Origin: Flectonema sp. DT1601
Lineage: Eukaryota
Direction: 5' to 3'
Assembly: GCA_964019425.1 (NCBI GenBank)
Contig: OZ025794.1
Span: forward strand, 682,001-746,000
Length of the DNA stretch: 64,000 bases
Of this stretch, positions 18,578 through 29,962 are shown one piece after another. Under the pieces are notes generated by a model. The model searched no databases and was not told where the DNA came from. It saw only the letters and a program-made list of their open reading frames with translations. Position 1 is the stretch's first letter. Every line of letters begins with the position of its first letter. Made by a program: the position numbers and the translations under genes.

Positions 18578-21519
18578 AGTTCACACAAGGCACACATTCA
18601 TAAGTGTTTATGAACTGCTGTGAGTTTCTTCTAGTTTTAAAATCTTCCTATTCTCTCGCTTGGGTAAGCACTAAATTTTTAACCCGATTTTCCATTTTGA
18701 GAGGATTTATTTTTTAATTGGCGTAGTGGTGGGGCCGGTGCCCGTCAAACCGAATGGGCCTGGCACAACCCTGCGCAGAAGTAATCTGCACCACAGTTTG
18801 TGTGAAACATCTTAGGTGGGTAAAGATATCTCCTCCTTCGTTGTAGGGATGCGTGTCTCTTTGTTCTGCCTTGCGGTCTCGCCCCATCTTGATGCACTTC
18901 CATTGCCAAGTGGGTTCATGTCTTTCCCCCAATCACCAGGTCGAAATGAACCCAGTCACAGCCGTTTTCAGATGACCCCCTCATCTGGTGGCTTGTAAGG
19001 AAGAATCAGCGTCATCGCCGGCGCCCCATGTTGGTCGGCATTTTTGTTGAATGCCTTCAGAAGTTCGTCTTCCAGAAGTGATCAGGACTTGCAGAACAAT
19101 CTTAAAATACACCAACAAATGTGAAACAAACAGCACAGCTTCTACGTTCTGATCAGGTTCCGAGGATTTATGGAACTCCCTCTGGGGTTGAAGGCAGGGG
19201 CTCCCAAATATTACGTCATTCTTCATCGGCTTCACTCTTTACTTCATCTTGGATACATGAGAATCGCCGCATAATTTTCTTCCCCTGCTTGGTTAATATA
19301 ATTTACATCAAATAAAAATGACGTAATAAATAAACAACTCGTTTTTGGGTGTAAATGGTTTTCGGAAGCTTTTATAAAAATGGGCCCTCAATTAGAGCAC
19401 GGGAATGGAAGACAAACAAGAAACCAATCACGTAAGTGATAATTTTTCAATAAAACTCACAAAGTGCCTACCTTTTCGTAATCGCCAATGGCTCAGGACG
19501 TCCATTTTTACTGAACTTGTAAAGTTGCTCAGCTATTTCACCCTGGATCACTATACAACTAAGATCAGGCTTTGTGTCACCTTTCAACATTGTTGTAGCA
19601 GCAACATTGAAAGCGTCCCACTCACCGCATCCTGACTGCTGGAGTTGATACATCCATTCGGTTTCTTCGACATCCTTCTTTGGTATCAATTCATAAAGCA
19701 TATGCTCAGTGTCATCATGAAGAACCGTTTGAAGGTGCACACGAATCTCAGCAGTGTGCTTTACTGCATGATACAAACCTACTTCTGTAAGCATCGGAAC
19801 TCCCTTGATCGATGCAACCCTTTCAACAACACCAACCAAGAGAGAAAGTTTTCCAATAACGCTGAATCGCAATATGCTTTTATTACCGAGATCTCCACAC
19901 ACAAGCTTTCCAGAAGCCATCCCGATGTTCATAGAAAGACTTTCACTCACCATCTCCCGGTAGGGACCCAACATCGGATTTGCGAGTTTTGTGATCGCCA
20001 TCGCAGCATCCGTACACGACTTGGGATGGCTCATGTGGGCTCTCGTACCACCAAAGTTCGCAAAGACACGATCCCCCAGGAACAGGTCAAGTGTTCCTCG
20101 ATGCTTAACAATGACATCAGACGTCGCACTAATCATATCAGAGATGAGACCTGAAAAGGAATCCTGAGAGTGCTGCAGTACTGCAAACGAATTGCGGATG
20201 TTTGCGACCAGCAAGGAAGCACTAACACACCCAAACTTCCTTCCTACATTTTTTACGATACTTTGAGCAGTACTTAATGTACTATTTGACATTTTTGTTT
20301 CTTCACTACTACTGCTAGAGGAGGAGTAGCAAGCAGGAATACAAGACTGCGGCAAGTAAGGTCTATATGTGTGGAGGTTCGATAGAATCTGCTCCAAAGC
20401 ATCTCTCAGTCCCCCAGGAATATCTGCATCTTCCAACAAGCTCGTAGCCTGCTCAAGATCGAATCTCGAAAGTGAAGTTGCGATTGCATTCGCAGCATCA
20501 ACAGATGCCAGGATGTTGTTCTTTTCTTCCAAGAGAGCTGCGGCGAACCCGCGTGTGCAGAAGAAGTCCATCAGAAAGACCATAAACTGAGATGTGAGGG
20601 CCGCAACAGAAATATCAATTGGAATGTTACAGGGAAGTTTCTCACAATCGAACCTTTCACGACGGTGTTCCTGTGAATAGTGCTGATACTGTAAGTCAAA
20701 GAGACCGAACCTATAGGTAGACTCTATACTAATTAGTATAAGGTGCAGACAACACCAACACACAACTCCAACAGTTGCCCTCATCGGAGCCTCGCAGACG
20801 AGAAGAACGTCAACAACGATGACAAACATAGGCCACCTAGGATTTTCTTGAAGCATTGCCGAATCAATGTCCAGCACAGATATGCCGAGAATTATAATGC
20901 CGCAGAATACCTCGAGTAAGAAATCCGTCAAATCCATTTTAAACACGATCAACAATATTAGCAAAATAATACTTAAGATTAAAAGTATAATATTTACCGC
21001 AACAACTAATATCTTCTTCTCATAGGCTAGCATTATAGCGCTTACTGTAACAGCTGCTGCAAAAGTTGTCAGGACAATCATTAACTTCTTCCTCTTGACC
21101 TGCCCTGGGGAATCACTTGCACTTATAGCTCTACGAAGGCAAGGCCCAAAGAGGCAGTCAATGATTGACTTCAGCATATTGCTATCTGAGTGATCAAAGG
21201 ACTTATAAAGAACTACTCAATAACTATACAAGATCAAAACCCTTGGAAACAAGAATAGAAGTTCTTATCTCGCATTCATCCTTAATCTGTACAACTGTAA
21301 AATAAGATAAAGATGCAGCACGAGAATCAATCTTGAGTGTGTTCGCAACTGGACAGTATTATAACACTCAAAACACTTGAATCAAAACAAATAAAGTAGT
21401 AGTAGTATGTATATCACAATAACTGAATTAATAATTAGTAGCGCAAATGCTCCTTTCCAGGAGGTAACAAAGAGCGTAAGAAACAATAGTGATAAGCTCT
21501 GAGTGGTTTTTCATCACTC
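18578..21519 (-). repeat. Right arm of the 2,942-bp inverted repeat
   Basis: Reverse complement of 10625-13566. Confidence 0.97.
19468..21177 (-). CDS. Membrane-bound class III cyclase-like protein (copy 2)
   Basis: 569-aa translation identical to 10967-12676. Confidence 0.8.
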   Translation of the reverse strand: MLKSIIDCLFGPCLRRAISASDSPGQVKRKKLMIVLTTFAAAVTVSAIMLAYEKKILVVAVNIILLILSIILLILLIVFKMDLTDFLLEVFCGIIILGISVLDIDSAMLQENPRWPMFVIVVDVLLVCEAPMRATVGVVCWCCLHLILISIESTYRFGLFDLQYQHYSQEHRRERFDCEKLPCNIPIDISVAALTSQFMVFLMDFFCTRGFAAALLEEKNNILASVDAANAIATSLSRFDLEQATSLLEDADIPGGLRDALEQILSNLHTYRPYLPQSCIPACYSSSSSSSEETKMSNSTLSTAQSIVKNVGRKFGCVSASLLVANIRNSFAVLQHSQDSFSGLISDMISATSDVIVKHRGTLDLFLGDRVFANFGGTRAHMSHPKSCTDAAMAITKLANPMLGPYREMVSESLSMNIGMASGKLVCGDLGNKSILRFSVIGKLSLLVGVVERVASIKGVPMLTEVGLYHAVKHTAEIRVHLQTVLHDDTEHMLYELIPKKDVEETEWMYQLQQSGCGEWDAFNVAATTMLKGDTKPDLSCIVIQGEIAEQLYKFSKNGRPEPLAITKR

Positions 21520-21829
21520 AAAAAGCACTTGCAAAGCTGGCTCCCTCATCAGCGTCCTTCTTCTTTTTCTCTTTTTCTGCCGCAACTTTGTTTAATGCTT
21601 CCTCTCGAGGATCAACCTTCTTTGGCTGTTCCTTCTCTGGCTGTTTCTTTGTCTCTGCCCTCGGTACTGGTTTTGGGCACTCAGCTGGGGGAGTTACGCC
21701 TTCCTGAACACACAACGTGTAAATCACATCTGATAATGGATCGGGTCCTTGATGAATAAGCATCGTGGCCACTACTTTCTCCATCAAATCCGGTATCTTC
21801 TTCTCCTTCATGTATGCTTGTGTTTCCAT
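21518..21829 (-). CDS. Small RIIa/Dpy-30-like dimerisation-domain protein
   Basis: AYMKEKKIPDLMEKVVATMLIHQGPDPLSDVIYTL fits the D/D fold; Lys/Glu-rich tail. Confidence 0.6.
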   Translation of the reverse strand: METQAYMKEKKIPDLMEKVVATMLIHQGPDPLSDVIYTLCVQEGVTPPAECPKPVPRAETKKQPEKEQPKKVDPREEALNKVAAEKEKKKKDADEGASFASAF

Positions 21830-22096
21830 TTTGTACTGCCGATTTGTTCTGATGCAAAAGACAGAAAAATAAATTCGTTCGTTTTCATTTTTTGCTATTT
21901 CACATCCACTGCTTCACTCATTTTTTAAGATTTAGATGGCTGACAAGATATATTAAAGAACTGCGAATGGTAGATGTCGACTTGATGCAACTCGTTAGGC
22001 AGCTTTATTCATCTAATACATGAGAGCGCCTACAGGCACTACTCTGCAGGCGAATAAATTAAACAAAGAAACAGAAAACCATGGAATGTCTTACTT

Positions 22097-23818
22097 CTAC
22101 TCTATCGTTGTATTCTGACGATGAATAAACATAGCTAAGGCATCAAGCAGAGTTCGAGCCTCTTTCTTTACAACTTTAATCGAAGTCAAGTCAAAACCAT
22201 CATGCTGAAGGTCAGTTGTATTGATTGGAGCAGTTTCAAGAGCACTCCTCAGGTACCTGCCAAACGGAGTAATTGCAGCTTCAGAACCTCTAACAGGTAC
22301 ACAAGATGACATAGTATAAAGATTTGAAGATCGGTCGTAGGCAAGCAAGAGAAGTGGAGCTGACTTCTTTTTGGACTTCTGATCTTCGTTCAATGTGTCC
22401 AGAATTGCATACCCTAGACTGAGTAAAGTCAGTGGATGCAAAAAGTAACTCACGTCTCCCGAGGCCTCGTTAACGAACCCGTACCGAAAACAACCTAAAT
22501 TTCTAATGTACTCCTTCTGTAGAAGAAACTTAGTTTGACGAACGACAGCCGCTTGGGTACTTCTGGTAATCTCAAGCCCTTGAGTGAACTTTTCTGCTGA
22601 GCGGCGGTTATCAACAATATCGTAAGCTAACCAGAAATATTGAACTCGAGTTTCATCTTTCTCTGTGTCAAACGGGTGAGTTAATACCGCAGAGAGAATT
22701 CGACTTAAGTCTGGTGCGGCTATCCCAGTGTTATAACCTTGTTTCATTATTATTGATCTGAAGGTAAATCCTGTTAGTCCAAGATTCTTTAACTTACTTG
22801 AGAGTAAGCTGAGAACTTCCTCCTTCTTTTCAGCATTCCACGCGAGGGTCCATTCTACTCTGCAGTCTTCCTCTTTCAGTCCAAGCTGTCCGTGAAGCAG
22901 TCTACGTAGTTGGTTTTCACCATTTTCCGTATTATAGAGTCTCAATCTAGAAGCCACATAGCTGCTTTCAACGAGAGCATCCCAAAGTGAATTGTGTCTC
23001 AGTAAAAACAAGTGATGCTCGACATTACTTTCTAATCTAATAGTGTGATAACTGTCTTGTTCTTGTAAGTCTTCACCCGCATATTCCGTAGCAGGTTTAT
23101 GAACATTTCTCCGTGCGACTATGAGGAGGTATTTGCCAATAAGTGCATCGTACTGAGCGTGTGAGATTCGACGCATTAAAAAGAAATGTGAAGCTGACAC
23201 CGCAGCATACCAAAGCAAGTTATCGGGTGCCTGCGGCATTATGTCTAAAGCAATGTGACAAAACAAAGTAGAAGAAGGAGGTCCGTGCCAATTGGAAGAA
23301 TAGTAATGCGATTCGATTGAAATGTAGTCGTCAGTTTCAGGGAGGGAGTCGTCTGGTGTTTGAGTTTCAGTTTCCGAATCCAATCTTTTGCGACGCTTTT
23401 TAGAGATTCGTTTGCATCTATTAAAATACTCCTCGACATCTCCTTGTTGCCACACTAGTACATTATCATGTTCGATGTTATCCAAGTGAATAGGTCTGTG
23501 TGAGTCAACCAAATGAACTGTCGTGTCAACAGGAATCACATCTGACAAACTTTGATTAGCCCCACAATTTATCATTAATATCGAAACAGTTCCTTCAGGA
23601 ATTTCTTTAATAGCTTTTTCAACATCACCATGGGTTTCAACAGGTGTCACTGTTGGCTGTACTTTGTCAGTCAACATCAGTTGCATCAGAATCTTTAGAC
23701 TGCAAACAGCATCGACATCACAACCAACTAGTACATGTACAGGAACACGTCCTTCTTTCCAAATCTCGCGGACCTTTTCATAAGCGGCTGTTAATCCGTC
23801 CTCACCCAAAAGTACCAT
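22097..23818 (-). CDS. CDC45: DNA replication initiation factor CDC45
   Basis: VHVLVGCDVDAVCSLKIL, MINCGA, VDSHRPIHLDNI and LFLLRHNSLWDAL. Likely ATG at 23818. Confidence 0.92.
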   Translation of the reverse strand: MVLLGEDGLTAAYEKVREIWKEGRVPVHVLVGCDVDAVCSLKILMQLMLTDKVQPTVTPVETHGDVEKAIKEIPEGTVSILMINCGANQSLSDVIPVDTTVHLVDSHRPIHLDNIEHDNVLVWQQGDVEEYFNRCKRISKKRRKRLDSETETQTPDDSLPETDDYISIESHYYSSNWHGPPSSTLFCHIALDIMPQAPDNLLWYAAVSASHFFLMRRISHAQYDALIGKYLLIVARRNVHKPATEYAGEDLQEQDSYHTIRLESNVEHHLFLLRHNSLWDALVESSYVASRLRLYNTENGENQLRRLLHGQLGLKEEDCRVEWTLAWNAEKKEEVLSLLSSKLKNLGLTGFTFRSIIMKQGYNTGIAAPDLSRILSAVLTHPFDTEKDETRVQYFWLAYDIVDNRRSAEKFTQGLEITRSTQAAVVRQTKFLLQKEYIRNLGCFRYGFVNEASGDVSYFLHPLTLLSLGYAILDTLNEDQKSKKKSAPLLLLAYDRSSNLYTMSSCVPVRGSEAAITPFGRYLRSALETAPINTTDLQHDGFDLTSIKVVKKEARTLLDALAMFIHRQNTTIE

Positions 23819-25349
23819 TTCGCATTGGGTTCTACTAAGAATGAAATTAAAAAAGAGATGCAATCGGTACCTTAAAAGTGGTTTACGGTATATTCCAATA
23901 CGGTATCCTCTGTAATTGAGAGGTGATAAGGAAGGAAAATTGCTGCTGTGAATATTTTGAATGATTTCTAAGCTTCGATCATGCTTTGAACCAAATTTTG
24001 AGCTCTCACATCCTTTTGCCTTGGTACATCTTTGAAAGTTCCTTTCTACTTCATAGTTGCAAAAAAAAAAAAAAAAAAAAAATAGTTTTGGTGCTCGATT
24101 GCGTGAACTCTGCAAAACCAGAAGGGAAAACAAACAAACAAAATAATCACTGAATTATAGCATGGCCTATACTTTAGCGATAATAACTTCGTGTCAGGTT
24201 ATTACATAATAATCCTAACAACAACAAAAAAAAAAATGATCGGTTTTTTCGAGCTTTTTAAAAAAAAAACCACCCTTATTCGGAGCACCCCAGAACCCAA
24301 AAAATGATTGTTTTCGTTTAACAATTATACGTTTGATATCTTGGAATGGGTGATAAACTCATTCGAAGATACCAAATTCGATTTGCCAACGGATTGTGAA
24401 TCTTTCTGTGACTTTGGGGTATGCAGGTATCGGTAATAGATAAATCTATTTATCGAACAATGAAAGAATGATAAATATTAGATAGAATTTGATTATAAAA
24501 TATCGAAGGTACACAAAATTTAAGATAAAGATAGAAACACATTGATCTACTTTTTCCGTCAGTATATAAGTTTATTTCACAGATGTTTTACCAGTGGAAA
24601 ACTTTGTATTAGTTCATAATAATATTCTACTTCTGTCGGAGGATACTATCGAAAGGAAAAACCTTGTTTTCCCTTTTCAATAAAAGACTATGAAGCGAAA
24701 CAGAGTTATGACGCTGTTGATAACTCTGGAGCTATCTTCCCGAAAAGAAGGAAAAAAAAAGGAACGGAAAAACAAAGCCACTGCTTATGTCGGTGAGAAG
24801 TCGAAGTTTCAGACACAAATAGAACACACTACAGGACAAAAAAACAGAAATATTAAGGACGGTATACTGGTTCAAATATTTATTATTTGAGTAGCAGGTC
24901 CAAAGACTTCCGTGCATGTGATGAACTATTTCAGAATCTTTAATCTTTAGTTTCTCAAGAGGTTAAGGAGATTGTAATTTAATATTTTCCAAAAAAAAAA
25001 CAACACAGATAGAGAAGTTCAAAGTGGGAACATACCAGTAACTCATTTGATACGAATTGCTGACTATGACCACGAAGGTAATTGTAAGAACAAACAGATC
25101 ATTAATAGCATTCTGACAGAACTGTTTGATATATCATATCAAGATAAAAAAGTAAAGTTTAAAAAAGAGAGAGAGAAAAACTCACTGTCCTGCTGCTCCA
25201 TGAAATGCGTAAATCATCTACTGCACAACAGCAGAAAATAGCCAACATCATCTTGAAAGGTGCGAATGATTTCAACGAAGCCATCCGAAGAACAACATTC
25301 ACTCGTCTTATAATTTATAGTAGTGAAGTATCGCAATCTAAATCATTTA

Positions 25350-27547
25350 TTATGGAGAGAAGATATCATATAAGGTCTGGTGCCACACGATGTAGTCGTT
25401 AATTTCACGGAAATTGATATGTGCATATAATTCTGGTCCGTTAATAGTCACGATAGCTGTCGCATTACAGCCGCCATCGTGTGCAGGACGAGGCTCTATT
25501 CGATTCCCTTCGTAATGAAACACTCCGTCACCGATTGCACCAACGTAGGTAAGACTGCACATTTGTGCATTCACGACAATTGGTCTGATTTCCAAACTAA
25601 CTAGTTTGGTACGAGGTCTCCAACGACCTCTTGAGTCGGATGTTTCCAAGAGAATCATTGCCTCTTCTGGGGGGAGACTTTTTCGAAATATCTGAAGTCG
25701 GTGTCCGAAGTTCACACACAAAGTGTACGTGCCGTTGGATGAGATTCCACACGATCTGCGGGCGAGCATAAACGTTGGATGCGTGTCATACGCTTCCATT
25801 AAGATCTCAGTGGTTTTATGACCTGTTGCTCCTGGGTAAATACTTCCTTTTTCAATAGCAAGTAGGTGATGGAAAGTAATTACTGTAGTGCGACCAATGA
25901 TGTCATCCATCCACATTCCAGTCATTTCATAAATTGAAGGGCAGTTTGGACAAGTGTCTCGAATGTCTGAAAGCAGTCCTGGTGTACCAACAGTATCAAA
26001 TTGATGAAATCCATCAAAAGGAGAGAATATTGCATTCATTCCAGCAGCCTGTCTTAAACACCTACAAAAAGAACCGTCTCCTCCCTCGTGACTACACGAC
26101 CCATCCAACAACCACGACCTGGTAGCATTCTCTGCTGTACCAGGGTACTTTCTCAACCAGGTTTTACCAGCAAAATTAGATATTAAAATACCTCCTCCAC
26201 CTAACGCCATGTTCCCATGTAAACTAATCTTCACTTTCCACTCTGAGCTGCCACCAACATACCAAAGAGTTGTGTGCGGGCTGTTGTATTTAATCGTGAG
26301 GAGGGAGTATCTCGAATTAGAATCAGATTTCAAAAAGACAAAAACACATACTCAGATAAATAAGACAACGCCCATGTCATGTGATTCGAAAACACTAGCG
26401 TATCGTCGTCTACCATGAAATAAAAAGCAGATTTACGATGGCTGTTTTGGTTTTGTTGTACTAACTGAAAACAAAGTTGTTCTAATTCAGATAACACAAC
26501 ATACTTTAAAAACATCCAATGCAGTGCAATATTAACCCTGATAGTGTTAACAGAAATCCCTTCAGGGCTGTCTGTGAAAGAAGGACCAACCAACCAGTCC
26601 GTGTGAGGCCAAGAGGTGTCGATGTCATGAGAGTAACAGTCTAATGTTATGACTGCCTGTTTCCAGGGACCAATATTGTTGCGAATACCGTGAATAAGCC
26701 AACGCTCGAGTAGGGGTTTTCTGGCTGCGATGGTGTTGAAAGAAGACACAACCAACACAGTAACATCATGACTAGTATATGGTCCAAGTGAACTCTCAGT
26801 TGGTGTAATAAACCGAGTGTCTTTGGCAGAACAACATCCCTTGTGCCCTCTGTGGCAATGTTCATCATCAAAAACTGGAGGAGGAAGCTTCACTTTCGAG
26901 TCTATTGGAGATTCTAAAAAGTGAACGCTCTCATTTGGATCAACAATATCAGCGCTTTCTGTGAACATCCAAGTAACATTATGTGTGAAGTGTGGATTGT
27001 TTGTTTCTCTTACTTCTTCAATCACAAGCTTCCCTTTCCGATTTACTATAAACAAACTCGAATTGCGACTGTCGTCGGTGTATATTTGAAGAGCGAAGTA
27101 ATTGATGTTATAATAATCTTTAAAAGGCAAGAAAGAGACATTCTTAGAGAACTCCAACGATAGATTATCAGATGGGATTTTTGATAAGTAAACTGAGCTT
27201 CCATTTTGTACGACGTATTGTGGATTAGGTCCGCATGATAAAAGAGAGATCGTTGAATTTCCGACTAAGCCTTGCTGAACTCGGAACTTTAGATCATAAG
27301 TTGGTCCAGCTATCAATTCCATCTCCTGCTGCATCCACATTACCGTCTTGCAATTATGACCTTTCACACCATAGCAAATCCCTTCTTTCAAGTATCCCCT
27401 GTTCGGAGTCCGTTTCTTATCAATAAACGTCTGGATTTGTATCGATTCTTCTGCTTCAATTTTTGAGTCAGATATTTCCACACTTGGACGCAATAAATAA
27501 ATTACATGTATTAACGCAATTAGGGGGAACAGCACACGAGCTCGCAT
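25350..27547 (-). CDS. Fringe-like / DUF604 glycosyltransferase (GT31); introns 26442-26504 and 26281-26351
   Basis: Signal anchor, FYFMVDDDT (DxD), WYVGGSSE...MALGGGGILIS, GD...CRCL and GFHQFD. Two ORF-track entries join through GT-AG introns. Confidence 0.8.
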
Positions 27548-27567
27548 TCCCCACTGAAAACTAATAG

Positions 27568-27737
27568 GGGGGTAAATTGATACTGTATTATCGAGTTCAA
27601 GGGAACAACAATCTCTCGGACATCCTTGACTGTCAGTGGCAGCGTAGTAAATGACTGCAAATAAATAAATAATGCCACTGGAGGCCACCTGAAATAGTTG
27701 AGGGGGGAGTATATGAATTGCCAAGGATTTCCTACAA
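27568..27737. repeat. Dispersed repeat, copy A (copy B at 39962-40075)
   Basis: Shared ggaacaacaatctctcggaca..cttgactg..cag.ggc, gaggggggag and aagga.tt..tacaa blocks. Confidence 0.75.
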
Positions 27738-28140
27738 GTGACACTTCGCAACTTACATCGTCAAAGCTGATCGCAACTTACTGTAGCCTGCTGAGATAAA
27801 TAGCTGCGATACGGGAACGGAAGACTAGAAGAACGTTTTGATTGATAACCTGTTGAGCCTATTTATAAACTACAACGAAAACATCGGTACCGCGGCTTCT
27901 GACGCTGGTCCAAGTTGTGGCTATAATTGAAAGAACCTGAAAGGCAATTTTATCTTTGAGTGATGAGAGGAGAACAACACCAAAGCTGTGCGGCATTTGA
28001 TTTCATGTAAACAATTATCTGATACCATTCCACCGGACTCGTTTGAAGAAGAAAAAAGAAAAAAGAGGGAGAGAAACAATGAACACGTAATAAGCTTCAT
28101 AGCAGCACATTAATACAGCCAGGCTTATCTTAAAAGAAGC

Positions 28141-29685
28141 TTACCAAAGCTCGGCGTCAGCCTTCTTTAAGTCTGCAACTTTCTTTAGGTTGCTCGCAAT
28201 GAGAAGCTTTCCAATCTCCGGGTCATGAATGCTGAAGATCTGAGCAACGTGTTTGGCAACGTTTGCTGGGCGGTAGATGTACGAGTTGCTGCTTCCCGGA
28301 GGCTGTTTTTTTGATTATTAACTTCTATACTGAATGAACGGGAGTCATAAAAAGTAAACAAATAAATAACATACATTGTTGATACAGCTGTCGTTCTTGC
28401 CATCTGGTGGGCAGGAGACAACAGGGAAGAGCGATGAAAATGAGGCAGTTCCCGAAAGAGCGTCTGTACCTCCGGCACATCCGATGATGCAAATTGGCTC
28501 AACACTCGTGTTGTACATTGCGACCTCATTTTCTAGCTGTCCCGCTTGCTTGTGGGCAGAGCAAATTCTCTTCTTGCTCGGAATGCCATACGCATCCAAA
28601 GCGTCAGACAATTTCTGCATGTGTCCCAAGTCACTGTTGCTTCCAGCAAAGATCATAGCGCAGTAACCCTTAATAATTCCACTTGCCTTCATACTGTTGA
28701 AGAGTCTTAACTTAGCAGAGGTATTGAACTCTGGGTAGTCAAACTGTGATCCCGTTAGTCTCTCAAAGATTTGGATGTATCTCGAGGTGCACTCAATAAC
28801 CTGCTCCTCGCTCAACTTTGGAACAGGCTTACCCTCAGAGTATCCATTCTCGAGAAGGATATCTCTGACGTACTGCTTTGAGTACTCCTTAATCTTAAGG
28901 CTGCTGTCAGCCTTTAGTACTTCAGAAACGTTCTTTCCGCTTGTCTTGGCGGCTTCCTGGATCTTTGGGAATTTTGCTTCCCACTCAGAGATGTCACACA
29001 TTCTTGAGGAGTCAGGAGTGTTCACTTCGTCAATCAATAACAAATTCCCGTCTTTGTCAAGTCCGAACTCGTACTTGGTGTCGATGAACATGAGTGGCGG
29101 GTTAGCTTTCGCGGCGACTTCGCATCCCTTTGCGTAGAGTTCGTGAGAAAGTTTCTTGACACGGGCAGCCATGTCAGCTCCAATCTTGTCCTCAACCTCT
29201 TTAAAAGTCATTGGCTCATCAACATCTCCCTTCGTCGTTGGGGTGAAGAGTGGCTCGTCGAGCTTTTGGTATCTGAGGAGACCATCCTGGAGCTTCAATC
29301 CACAGAAATCTCTGGCACCTTTCTCGTAGGCTGCGGCCATCGATCCCCACATGTAACCTCTCACAATACATTCGATTTGAAGGTTCTCAACCTTTTTCTG
29401 AACAACAACGTTTGGGTCAGGGGAAGTGACCAAGGCGTTTGGAATAATGCTTGAAGTGCTGTCGAACGCAAACTTGGCGATCTTGTTTAATAACATTCCC
29501 TTGTAAGGGATCAAGTTTGGGATGTGTTGATCAAAGGCTGACACTCTGTCAGTGGCAACCATCACAACGTTGTCATCTTTGAAGTAGATGTCTCTGACTT
29601 TTCCCTTCTTTACCTTTCCTAACTCAGGCATGAAACAATCGTCAAGGCACTGGGCCTTGAGAATGGCATCGCGGTTTACGGACAT
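28141..29685 (-). CDS. PAICS: Bifunctional SAICAR synthetase (PurC) / AIR carboxylase (PurE); intron 28303-28374
   Basis: KGKVRDIY, ATDRVSAFD, ECIVRGY and DTKYEFG...DEVNTPDSSR (PurC). GSNSDL, RICSAHK, AGGTDALSG and PVVSCPP (PurE). Exon 2 (PPGSSNSY...) ends in TAA at 28141. Confidence 0.9.
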
Positions 29686-29962
29686 TTTACTAATGAAACA
29701 AAATAGCTGTTGGAATAAATTGATAATCAGATTCTATGTGATTCAACTAATGAAAACAGATTGCTGTTTCTAGTCTACGAAGAACAGGTGAAAAAAAGAC
29801 TAATACATTCGTGATGCCAAGGTTTTCAAAACGGCGAGGACTTGAAGAGATGTGGTTGTGTCGGTACAAAATTATAACAAAATCAAAACGAAAGGAACTG
29901 AACAAAACGTGAGCCGTACAACAATACCAACAGAGGTTGTCATTTAATGACATCCGTTGAGA

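Noticed and set aside
27960..28022. C/D snoRNA (gtgatga...ctga)
   Set aside because: It is on the strand opposite the cluster, with no terminal stem or recognisable rRNA guide.
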